Source of the DNA: a virus
IMG/VR virus record: IMGVR_UViG_3300015265_000006
Span: 1 to 41,630 of that record
Reading direction: 5' to 3' (one strand)
Length of the DNA: 41,630 bases
In this document: positions 8,038-16,058 of the stretch, piece by piece
Position numbering within the stretch: position 1 is the first letter of the stretch
Layout: the number at the start of each line of letters is the position of its first letter
Notes under the pieces: generated by a model
Databases searched by the model: none
Told to the model about the DNA's origin: nothing
What the model saw: the letters and a program-made list of their open reading frames with translations, nothing else
Position numbers and translations under genes: made by a program

Positions 8038-8289
8038 ATGGGGGACGAATCAGAAATTATCTATATCGATGGACTGGGGCGGATGCTCGGCAGAACGGAA
8101 GCGGCGGTGCGCCAGGGCTTGAGTCGTGGCGTCGACTGGCTGCCCAAGAGCTTCAAGATGGGAAGCCGGCATTGCTGGCTACGGGAAGACGTGCGGGAGT
8201 TCTTGCGGGGATGTCGAGACGGGGAGAACAAGGCGCCGAAGGTCGGCAGGAAGCGGTTGCCGCCTCCGACACTGCGCGGGGTGGCGTGA
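8038..8289 (+). CDS. Putative excisionase / MerR-like DNA-binding protein
   Basis: Small basic protein, LGRTEAAVRQGLSRGVDWLPKSFKMGSRHCWLREDVREFL, immediately convergent with the integrase. Confidence 0.6.
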   Translation: MGDESEIIYIDGLGRMLGRTEAAVRQGLSRGVDWLPKSFKMGSRHCWLREDVREFLRGCRDGENKAPKVGRKRLPPPTLRGVA

Positions 8290-8291
8290 TG

Positions 8292-9314
8292 CTACCCCAG
8301 CTTCTCGGCGAGGTTGCTCGGGCAAAGGTGCGTGTATCGGCGAAGCATCGACAGAGTTTTGTGTCCGGTGATGCTCGCCACCTCCATCATGGAAAGTCCG
8401 CGCTCGAACATCCGGCTCGTTGCTTCATGGCGCATATCGTGAAGGCGGAGGTCTTTGATCTTCGCCGCCTCGCACGCCAGCGCGAAATAGTTGCTCACGC
8501 TGTCCAGCTTCAGATGAAAGAACCGGCCGCCGTCGATGGGCGTCGGCAATCCCTCCAAGAGTTCCACCGCGCGCTTCGATAGCGGAACGGATCGGCGCTC
8601 GCCATTCTTCGTGTCTTCGAGGAATGCAACCCTCCCCCGGATTTGATCCTTCCTGAGCATGACCAGCTCAGACCGGCGCATGGCCGTCTCTACGGCAAGT
8701 TCAATAATCACTGGAAGCTCGGCGTTGATGTCGCCTGCGTGCTTGTACAGCGCCTTCAGCTCGGCAGAAGTTGGCCGGCGCTCGCGCTGCTTGCTGCCCT
8801 TCGGCATCCGGATTGCGGTGCACGGGTTTTTCAGCCCCTGGATGCCCCAATCTTTCGCTGCGACGGTATAGAGGTGACTGATCAGCGCCAAATTTAGCCG
8901 GACGGTGGCGGTGGACTTCCCGGCCTTCAGCTCAGCATCACGGTACGCGGCCATGTCACTTGAGCGGATTGCGGCCAACGACTTGGTGCCCCACTCCGAC
9001 TTCTGCCACTTCTTGGCCCGCACCTTTTCCTGCGCCGATCCCTTCTTCGACTCGCTCACCTCATTGACGTAGCGTTCCAGCGCTTCGCTGAGCGTGGTGC
9101 TTTCCGCCTCTCGGGTGTCGACGAATCGCTTGCGCGACATATCCCCCTCAACTTCGGCAGCCCAGCGCTGGGCTTCTGCCTTGGTGTCGAAGGTGGCGGA
9201 GAGGGTTGGATATCCCTTGCGTCGAATCTGGGCGCGCCATGCGTCGCCGCGTTTTTCGTAATAGGCCATTCTGGAATATTGGCGGGTGCTTGGGGGAATC
9301 GCAAGAGAAGCCAT
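8292..9314 (-). CDS. int: Tyrosine recombinase integrase (ORF open to 9350 with TTG start)
   Basis: AMRRSELVMLR, LHDMRHEATSRMFERG, ITGHKTLSMLRRYTHL catalytic boxes. Confidence 0.93.
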   Translation of the reverse strand: MASLAIPPSTRQYSRMAYYEKRGDAWRAQIRRKGYPTLSATFDTKAEAQRWAAEVEGDMSRKRFVDTREAESTTLSEALERYVNEVSESKKGSAQEKVRAKKWQKSEWGTKSLAAIRSSDMAAYRDAELKAGKSTATVRLNLALISHLYTVAAKDWGIQGLKNPCTAIRMPKGSKQRERRPTSAELKALYKHAGDINAELPVIIELAVETAMRRSELVMLRKDQIRGRVAFLEDTKNGERRSVPLSKRAVELLEGLPTPIDGGRFFHLKLDSVSNYFALACEAAKIKDLRLHDMRHEATSRMFERGLSMMEVASITGHKTLSMLRRYTHLCPSNLAEKLG

Positions 9315-9350
9315 TCCCCCCGATTTCCCCCAATCTACAACCAAATGCAA

Positions 9351-9387
9351 AAAGGCCCCGAGGCGGTTAAGCGCTCTGGGCCTTTAA
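9351..9387 (-). terminator. Rho-independent terminator at the end of the leftward late operon
   Basis: On - strand taaaggcccagagcgcttaaccgcctcggggccttttt: AAAGGCCC/GGGCCTTT stem followed by T-run. Confidence 0.6.
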
Positions 9388-9390
9388 ATA

Positions 9391-9463
9391 TGGCGGAGAG
9401 ATAGGGATTCGAACCCTAGGTACCGGTGAAGGTACAACGGATTTCGAATCCGTTTTCGACCAT
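9391..9463 (-). other. attP: attP core candidate: 3' portion of tRNA-Ser(CGA) without the 5' acceptor/D-arm
   Basis: Reverse complement atggtcgaaaacggattcgaaatccgttgtaccttcaccggtacctagggttcgaatccctatctctccgcca shows anticodon arm ACGGA-TTCGAAA-TCCGT, long variable arm, perfect T arm and CCA end; next to int. Confidence 0.85.
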
Positions 9464-9611
9464 AATGATCGCTGGCCGCATTTCCTGCGACCCCCTTAAG
9501 GGCCTATCTTTCGATGCATCACCGTCACACATGATTAATCATGTTTTGGGGGAATCATTGCACCAGATTTCCCCCAACACCATCTAAGGCGTTCTGCCGA
9601 ACAAATTCCCA

Positions 9612-11117
9612 TCAGCTTGGCATCCACCTCAGACGAGATAGCATCACTTCAGTCGGCGAACCGGATACGCTCTTAATGACAAGATTGCCCAAGGGAGTGA
9701 GCACGCAAAGGATGCTACCCGTATTGCACTCAAGAGATATCGACTCATTAAGCAACGGCCCGCAATTGGCTACCGCGCTGAATACATTGAGGATGGTCGT
9801 CCCTGCTGAGAGTGTCCCGGGCTTTATCGACCCGCGACCAGAGATATAGCCCGACTCTTCCACGACAAGTTGAGGCGGCATGTAGGAAGGATCAAAATTC
9901 AACCATCCATTTTGCAGGACAAGGTTTCGCCCGATGCCTGTGAACTCTGTCCACGTCCCTGGGGCGCTGCTGATACTGTGCCGGCGATGGACTTTGATGA
10001 CGCTGCGGTTATCGGCCGTCAGCTCTTGCGTTACGACACCGTCTACAGATTTCTCTACAACCACGATGCCGCTGGATGGCCAACCAGCCAGCTCCGCACG
10101 GTAGATTGAGCGTCCCAGCGGGAAGTCAGCCGGCGCGGCGTATATCGAAAGCTGCATATGCGCAGCGCAGATATTACGGTAACCGTTGGTTGCACGCTGA
10201 CTCAGGCAGCTAGGGAAAATATATTCAGCCAGCTTGCCCCAAATCCACATGTTTCCAAACGCATTCGGATGGATGTTGGTGTCGACCTCTACGCCGTCCT
10301 GCTGGACGTATTTCAGGGTGTCCATCCAGAGATAAGCGGAATTTCTTGAATCCCGGTAAAGGGCATAGATGTCAAGGAAATAGCACTGAAACTCCCTGGC
10401 GAGACGACGGTAAACGGGGGCGATCTGCTCGTGCCACAACTGTGACCTGCCGTTGGGCCAGTCACTTGTGCTGTTTGAGCCCTTTATGATGATGGTCAGG
10501 CTCTGAACATTTCGTGCGTCACGGACGGTCTTGAGGCGTGCCGCCATGTTGTTGTAGAAGTCTTCAGCCGTCCCAACCGCTGGATCATTGATCCCGTAGC
10601 TGACGATGATGCACTTCGTGGAAAGGTCAGAAACAATGCTGCTTGTGTCCCACTGATAGGCGGTTGTTCCGCTGACGGCGAGGTTCGTAACAGACATCCC
10701 GGCGACGCCGCGAGCCAACGCCTGATCAACCAGAATTTTTTGCGGTTTGTAATCAGCAGGAACGCCAACACCAAAAACGGTGCTGTCGCCATACAACTTT
10801 ATTTTTACGCTCCCCTGCATGGAAATTTCGTTGTGAAGCGCGTAGAGATATTCTTTGCCGCAATCGTAAGTCAGCTGGTCAGCATAGCTATTAATTATAT
10901 TGAAAGAAGATGATAACGTCGAAGTCTGCTCAACTAAATCTCCGCCAAGAAAAACGATTCCTGTTGGATTAGGTACTTTGCCAACGTAATGCGTGCCGGG
11001 CGGGAGGATTATCGTCTTGGCACCAGCCGCTTTTGCATTGGTTATCGCAGTGGTGAGATTTGCAGTTGTAACGCCTGAACCAATGAACGCATCATCAAAA
11101 CTGTTGCTCATATTCAT
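9612..11117 (-). CDS. Tail spike with SGNH/GDSL hydrolase domain
   Basis: KLYGDSTVFGVG (block I), IVSYGINDPAVG (block III), DTNIHPNAFGN (block V); N-terminal GSGVTTANLTTAITNAKAAGAKTIILPPGTHYV resembles spike/pectate-lyase starts. Confidence 0.85.
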   Translation of the reverse strand: MNMSNSFDDAFIGSGVTTANLTTAITNAKAAGAKTIILPPGTHYVGKVPNPTGIVFLGGDLVEQTSTLSSSFNIINSYADQLTYDCGKEYLYALHNEISMQGSVKIKLYGDSTVFGVGVPADYKPQKILVDQALARGVAGMSVTNLAVSGTTAYQWDTSSIVSDLSTKCIIVSYGINDPAVGTAEDFYNNMAARLKTVRDARNVQSLTIIIKGSNSTSDWPNGRSQLWHEQIAPVYRRLAREFQCYFLDIYALYRDSRNSAYLWMDTLKYVQQDGVEVDTNIHPNAFGNMWIWGKLAEYIFPSCLSQRATNGYRNICAAHMQLSIYAAPADFPLGRSIYRAELAGWPSSGIVVVEKSVDGVVTQELTADNRSVIKVHRRHSISSAPGTWTEFTGIGRNLVLQNGWLNFDPSYMPPQLVVEESGYISGRGSIKPGTLSAGTTILNVFSAVANCGPLLNESISLECNTGSILCVLTPLGNLVIKSVSGSPTEVMLSRLRWMPS

Positions 11118-11145
11118 ACTCGGTGAATTGACGGGCTGAAGTGTT

Positions 11146-11661
11146 TTATTTCGTCAATGAATCAAACGATTGCTCGCAAGTTATTCCTCGGGCATGGCTG
11201 TCCTGAGCATATCCTGCCAGCTCGCCCGCTCTTTCATCAGCGCGCTTGAACACGTCGGCAAGCACCATGACGGCACGGGAAGCTGCCGCGCTTGTGGCGG
11301 CAGTGCAGGAATGGCCGCCGGCCTGAATGGCTGCGAGGCGAGCGGCAAGCTTGTCGGCTGTGAGCTGCACGCCGTTACGAGAAGCGCGCTCAGCAGCAGC
11401 GTCAGCAGTGAGTTGATCGATCGTGCGCTGGCCATCTTGAACCACCTTGTCTATTGCATGTTGGTAGGATTGTTCGCGCGCCCGTGCGGCAGACTCGTTT
11501 GCGGCCCGGGCGGCGACGTCCAGCGTGTCGCGAGCTGACCATTTGGCCTGCCATGTTGCGTCTGTGACGCTTACGCCGTGATGGTAGGCGCCGAACAGAG
11601 CGCCAAGCACCAGCAGCACGGCGGCTATATAAGGAAGAATTCGCAGGCAGACGGCGCTCAT
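11146..11661 (-). CDS. Rz: Inner-membrane spanin, Rz-like
   Basis: N-terminal TM segment LPYIAAVLLVLGALFGAYHHG followed by long helical region; directly after endolysin. Confidence 0.85.
   Translation of the reverse strand: MSAVCLRILPYIAAVLLVLGALFGAYHHGVSVTDATWQAKWSARDTLDVAARAANESAARAREQSYQHAIDKVVQDGQRTIDQLTADAAAERASRNGVQLTADKLAARLAAIQAGGHSCTAATSAAASRAVMVLADVFKRADERAGELAGYAQDSHARGITCEQSFDSLTK
11181..11435 (-). CDS. Rz1: Outer-membrane lipoprotein spanin, Rz1-like, nested in Rz
   Basis: MASARSINSLLTLLLSALLVTACSSQPTSLPLASQPFRPAAIPALPPQARQL: signal peptide, lipobox LVTAC, Pro-rich. Confidence 0.85.
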   Translation of the reverse strand: MASARSINSLLTLLLSALLVTACSSQPTSLPLASQPFRPAAIPALPPQARQLPVPSWCLPTCSSALMKERASWQDMLRTAMPEE

Positions 11662-12080
11662 GGCACGTCCTTGTAAAAGGCGTGACCGCCCAACTTCAGA
11701 GTCTGCTTGGCCTTCGCGGCCCAGGCCGGGGCCTTGATGCTGGTAGCGTAGTAATGCGTGGCGCCGCCGGTAGGGTCAGGCACCTTGTCGTCGATCACCT
11801 GGTCTGCAGCGATTCGGCATTGCGCCAGCTCGCGAAACGGGATCTGTTTAACACCGATCAGAAACTGATAGTTCGGATCGGTCTTGTTCCAGCAACTAAA
11901 CTGCCACGGCTTTTGGCACACCCCGGCGTAACCCTCACCCCACCACGATTTTTCCTTGCCGTCGAATACGCGATTTTTGATAGCCCAGGCCACGGCAATT
12001 TGGCCGGGTGTTCCCTCACCGCGCGCTTCTCCCCAGATCGTGCGCGCCAAGATATCGCGGTCTTTTTCTGATACAGACAT
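11658..12080 (-). CDS. Endolysin, SleB-type cell wall hydrolase
   Basis: LARTIWGEARGEGTPGQIAVAWAIKNRV...WQFSCWN...GATHYYATSIKAPAWA. Confidence 0.88.
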   Translation of the reverse strand: MSVSEKDRDILARTIWGEARGEGTPGQIAVAWAIKNRVFDGKEKSWWGEGYAGVCQKPWQFSCWNKTDPNYQFLIGVKQIPFRELAQCRIAADQVIDDKVPDPTGGATHYYATSIKAPAWAAKAKQTLKLGGHAFYKDVP

Positions 12081-12163
12081 AACTTTTCTCCAGATGAATA
12101 AGACTGGCCTGAGAATTCAGGTTAATATTTGGCAAAATGCAGATTCATAAAAGGGACTTTCCA

Positions 12164-13276
12164 ATGCACAATAAAAACCTGGACGGCCTGCGGGGCTGGG
12201 CAGCCTTCATAGTGGTGATCTACCACGCCATACTTCATTTCGACACTGAAAGTTGGTTGCGGCTAGCAATGGCGCCCATGTCATCGTTCAGCGGTTTGAA
12301 TGACTGGGTAACAGGACTCTCATTAGTGATATTCAACGGCGACACTGCTGTTGTTGTGTTCTTTGTTATGAGCGGAGTTGTTTTGCATGAGTCATTGATG
12401 AGGTCAAAAGAAAACTGGCTCAAGACATCGGCTATATTCATGCTAAAACGAGCATTCCGAGTTTATCCAACCGTTATTTTTGCTGTTGTTTTTCTGGTTT
12501 TGTTGATTGAAGCTTATAAAATCCTTGGCATCCCGGCCGCAAGATTCTCCATGACGGATATCGTTCAGAACATGACATTACAGGGGAATGTTTTGCTCGG
12601 AGTATCTTGGACGCTGACAGTGGAAATACTGGCGATAGTTTTCATCCTCCCTGTTTTTTTCTTGACCCGATCGTTCGGAGTGCTTGCCACGATGCTGGCG
12701 GCTGCCTACGCCATGCTGGCTATCGACAACCCTGTACTGGTGTTGAAAGTCGACAACATGCATCAAGCAATGCTGGCATTCATTGCAGGGATGTCCGTCG
12801 CCTTACCGCAAGCGCAGAAGTTCTTTGCAAGGTTCGGCCCGCTTGCATGGATACCAATCCTGTTGCTGCTGGTCTTCGGTAGTCACGTAAATGCCGCTTG
12901 GCAAACATCGTCCGTGATCCTGCGCATCATGGCAGCGACTATGCTGGTCGGAATCATGCGCCACTCCAGAAGCTCTGGCCTTGACCAGTTCCTGACGTGC
13001 AAATTATCCCAGTTCCTTGGGAGGATCAGTTTCAGCTTCTATCTGCTCGCTGCGGTAGTGATGTACGCAGTATTCACCCTCACGCCAAGTCTGCCGGCGC
13101 ACTACGCAGTGCTGGCAGGGATTCCCTACGGGCTGCTCATAGCCGCCATCACCACGCCCATGGCCGCACTGACTTACATGATGATCGAAGCCCCCGCCAT
13201 GCGGTTTTCTAGGCAATGCGCTAAAGCTGTATCAGGTCAGCGGGCCGCGCCTGTTACGCCAGCGCCAGATCGATAG
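12164..13276 (+). CDS. Acyltransferase-3 family O-acyltransferase (possible O-antigen acetylase)
   Basis: NLDGLRGWAAFIVVIYHAILHF...AVVVFFVMSGVVLHES...SWTLTVEILAIVFILPVFFL..., multi-TM; ORF also open from 12137. Confidence 0.88.
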   Translation: MHNKNLDGLRGWAAFIVVIYHAILHFDTESWLRLAMAPMSSFSGLNDWVTGLSLVIFNGDTAVVVFFVMSGVVLHESLMRSKENWLKTSAIFMLKRAFRVYPTVIFAVVFLVLLIEAYKILGIPAARFSMTDIVQNMTLQGNVLLGVSWTLTVEILAIVFILPVFFLTRSFGVLATMLAAAYAMLAIDNPVLVLKVDNMHQAMLAFIAGMSVALPQAQKFFARFGPLAWIPILLLLVFGSHVNAAWQTSSVILRIMAATMLVGIMRHSRSSGLDQFLTCKLSQFLGRISFSFYLLAAVVMYAVFTLTPSLPAHYAVLAGIPYGLLIAAITTPMAALTYMMIEAPAMRFSRQCAKAVSGQRAAPVTPAPDR

Positions 13277-13439
13277 GAGGGGTGTATATATCCCCGTCGT
13301 ATGCCCAGCCGGGGCCAGTTGTTTCGCCAGGCTTCAGCATAATCGCCACCGAACCCTCTGGTGGGTTCCAATCGCTTTCTCCATCCCACTCTACAACGTT
13401 TTCGACGACGCCTTCACGCACGACTGCATAAGCTGCCAA
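13254..13439 (-). CDS. Small tail-fibre-associated protein
   Basis: 61 aa, VREGVVENVVEWDGESDWNPPEGSVAIML; directly downstream of the fibre gene. Confidence 0.6.
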   Translation of the reverse strand: MAAYAVVREGVVENVVEWDGESDWNPPEGSVAIMLKPGETTGPGWAYDGDIYTPPIDLALA

Positions 13440-14204
13440 TTATGAATACTCCCAAATAATAAGGATTCCCCCAGCACCGACACCGCCGTTGTATGGCCCG
13501 GATGATGGGCCGGCGAGCGCGCCAGTTGCGCCAGTGCCCCGGTTGGAGCCATTGGTACCATTGCCAAAGCTCCCTGTTGGTCCAGGCCCATATTGTGATT
13601 GAGCGCCGGCCACGTTGAAGATAATCGTTGTACTCTGGGCCAGTTGCGCTTGAGCTACAAACCCAGAGGCCGAAACGATATTCCCACCTGTAATTGAGAT
13701 TCCCCCAGCACTCGAACCGCCACTTGATCCAGGAGGCGTAAAGCCCACGCCGGCACCGCCACCAGCCCCGCCGCTTGCGCTGATAATGGCGCCAAGGCTT
13801 GTGGTGCCACCGGTACCACCGACGCCGCCAGCGGTACCGCCAGCGCCGATAGTGATAGTTGCCCCAGAGAACCCCGTAGTGAATCGCCCCTTGGCATACG
13901 CGCCACTGCCGCCGTTACCTCCGGATGAGATTTGTCCAGCACCGGCTGCGTTCGCCCCGCCACCACCGCCACCACCGCCGATGCATTCGGCAATAATCGA
14001 AGTAGTACCAGTTGTCGGGGTATAGGTGCCGCTGGTGGTGAAAACCCGAACATTTAGGAGTCTGCCCGGGTTATCGCGCAGAATGGCGATGTAAGATGCG
14101 TATGTGCGCAGATAGTCGTCGATTAGTCCCGGAGATTCCGAGCCGGCCGGGCTATTGCTGCCAGCAATTTGTGACAGATCGTTGATCGAGGAAGGGAGCG
14201 GCAT
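13440..14204 (-). CDS. Glycine-rich tail fibre/adhesin-like protein
   Basis: VRVFTTSGTYTPTTGTTSIIAECIGGGGGGGGANAAGAG... typical of Gly-rich phage fibre domains. Confidence 0.75.
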   Translation of the reverse strand: MPLPSSINDLSQIAGSNSPAGSESPGLIDDYLRTYASYIAILRDNPGRLLNVRVFTTSGTYTPTTGTTSIIAECIGGGGGGGGANAAGAGQISSGGNGGSGAYAKGRFTTGFSGATITIGAGGTAGGVGGTGGTTSLGAIISASGGAGGGAGVGFTPPGSSGGSSAGGISITGGNIVSASGFVAQAQLAQSTTIIFNVAGAQSQYGPGPTGSFGNGTNGSNRGTGATGALAGPSSGPYNGGVGAGGILIIWEYS

Positions 14205-14220
14205 GTTTTGTCATCCCAAT

Positions 14221-14244
14221 AAAAAGCCCGCACTAGGCGGGCTT
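14221..14244 (-). terminator. Rho-independent terminator
   Basis: - strand aagcccgcctagtgcgggcttttt. Confidence 0.7.
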
Positions 14245-14339
14245 GGAGGTGTTGGTGGAATTCGGATTTACTGACTTCATGATCTGGAAGGGCGTAGCGG
14301 TTGTTTTGGCGTTCTGGATCTACTGCTTCTGGCGTGGAC

Positions 14340-16058
14340 TCACTGGCCGTTGATCAGCTGAGGCGCCAGTAGCGGGAGTACCTTGTTGGCCTTCTCCGCG
14401 CCGATGGATAACAGACCCGCCCCCTGACTTGGCTGTCGTAACAGCATGCTTTTCATCGCATTACTGTTCAGGGCTGCATTTGCCCCTCTGCCAGCCGCCA
14501 TAGCGCCGCCGAACAGAAGCGGTGACACAAATCCAGATCCAGCACCAGCTGCACCAAGACCTCCCAACATGATTCGCTGCATGGCTCCGTGCGGACTTTC
14601 GCGAGACTTTAGGAACTGCGCGCTGATATCAGCCAAGTCTTGAAGATCCGGGTTCCCGATGTTCTTCATGTTCGCAAGTCGTGCGATTGAGATGTCCCCG
14701 TCAGCACCGTTCTGCGCCATTTTCTTCAGGTCGAGCATGGTTCCGTATTGCTGGCGAACCTTGGCGAAGGACGCAGCCTCTTCAGGGCTGAGCGAGCGGT
14801 TCAAGGCGCCCATCAATGACTTGCGCAGATCACTGGCGTAGTAGGCTTCCGGGCTGTTGCGCTGGCCGATCCGGTCGAGCGTTTTCTTGATGTTGTAGGC
14901 CGCTTGCCCATCGATTTCGCCGTTCTGCGCTTTCCCGAGGATTTCCTCGATCTGCTTTTGAATGATGCTCGCCTGCCCGGTCTCAAGCTCACTCGTGGCG
15001 CGCTGTCCTTGTTCGACCAGATCATTCAGAAATTGATCATCGACCTTGACCTTGTTGTTCTGCAGAACAGTGTCGAACTTCCCGCCAAGATCGCCTTGAG
15101 CCTTGCGCAGCGCCATGGTGACGTTGTCCGAGTCTTGCCCGAACGTTTTTGAAACTGCGCGGTTGAGCTGGTTCTGCATTTTTTCGAGCGTGGCTGTGCG
15201 CCCACTCAAGGGCATGTACTCCAACGAAGCGGCCAGTGCGTTCAGCGGCTTGCTGTTGACCATGCGATCCGCGGGAACTTGAATGCCCAGGCTGCCAGCT
15301 TTTTGGGCTAGCGACGCAACTTCAGGGCTTACTTCTCCGCCTCGGATAGCTCGGCCAAGTCCTGCGGCTGCGTTTCCGCCAAGCGCCATTGCCCCGGGTA
15401 CAGCGCCGCCAACCATTGCACCAACACCAGCATCTTCAGGGTTGACCAAGCCGGCAGATGCTCCGCCAGTGATAGCGCCGCCAGCAGCACGAGTTGCAAG
15501 ACCTCCTAGACCCTGCATGCCGCCCGCACGGAAGCCGCCAGAGCCGATAGATTCGATAAGAGGCGCAATGTTCGCGGCGCCGGGTAGCATCGCGGCGCCC
15601 TTAGCAATCAGGCCACCCGCACCAGCAGTTCCGGCAATCTCCGCGCCCAGCTTGCCACCCTTGAACGCCATCGAATCAGGCTGAGCACCAAGATCCTGAA
15701 GCGCCCAATCCATATCGGAGCGGCGCTGGCGGTTGGAGTCTAGCGAGAGGCCTTTACCTGCGCGCAGATCCTGCACGATGTCGTAGGGCGCTACCAGAGT
15801 GGCGCCAATGCTGCCAGCGCCGCGCACCGCACCGCCAAGGAGGTTCCCGGCATCCTGCATCAGTTCCTTGCCGGCGTTCGACGGTAGGCGCGTCAGCAGG
15901 TTGCCGAAGCGCCCGGCCTGCGGAGCGGGAGCGGTCGGCGCGGCCTCAACTGGATCAAGTGCAGCCGCTGCCTGAGCGGGAGCGTCGTCCCAAGTGATAC
16001 CAGCAGGATCAATCTGCGGCGCGTCATCCCACTGAATCGAGCTTGGATCAATTGCCAT
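14340..16058 (-). CDS. Putative internal virion / DNA ejection protein
   Basis: 572 aa, Ala/Gly-rich hydrophobic stretches, among tail genes. Confidence 0.55.
   Translation of the reverse strand: MAIDPSSIQWDDAPQIDPAGITWDDAPAQAAAALDPVEAAPTAPAPQAGRFGNLLTRLPSNAGKELMQDAGNLLGGAVRGAGSIGATLVAPYDIVQDLRAGKGLSLDSNRQRRSDMDWALQDLGAQPDSMAFKGGKLGAEIAGTAGAGGLIAKGAAMLPGAANIAPLIESIGSGGFRAGGMQGLGGLATRAAGGAITGGASAGLVNPEDAGVGAMVGGAVPGAMALGGNAAAGLGRAIRGGEVSPEVASLAQKAGSLGIQVPADRMVNSKPLNALAASLEYMPLSGRTATLEKMQNQLNRAVSKTFGQDSDNVTMALRKAQGDLGGKFDTVLQNNKVKVDDQFLNDLVEQGQRATSELETGQASIIQKQIEEILGKAQNGEIDGQAAYNIKKTLDRIGQRNSPEAYYASDLRKSLMGALNRSLSPEEAASFAKVRQQYGTMLDLKKMAQNGADGDISIARLANMKNIGNPDLQDLADISAQFLKSRESPHGAMQRIMLGGLGAAGAGSGFVSPLLFGGAMAAGRGANAALNSNAMKSMLLRQPSQGAGLLSIGAEKANKVLPLLAPQLINGQ

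Noticed and set aside
9391-9463. Functional phage-encoded tRNA-Ser
   Set aside because: The 5' acceptor strand and proper D arm are missing, so it is better explained as an attachment core than a working tRNA.
9541-9849. 102 aa + strand ORF beside attP
   Set aside because: Mostly antisense to the 3' end of the spike gene and starts in the attP flank; unsupported.
14279-14353. 24 aa hydrophobic + strand ORF (MIWKGVAVVLAFWIYCFWRGLTGR)
   Set aside because: Resembles the other micro-ORFs but sits alone on the opposite strand with no coupled neighbour; too little support to list as a CDS.
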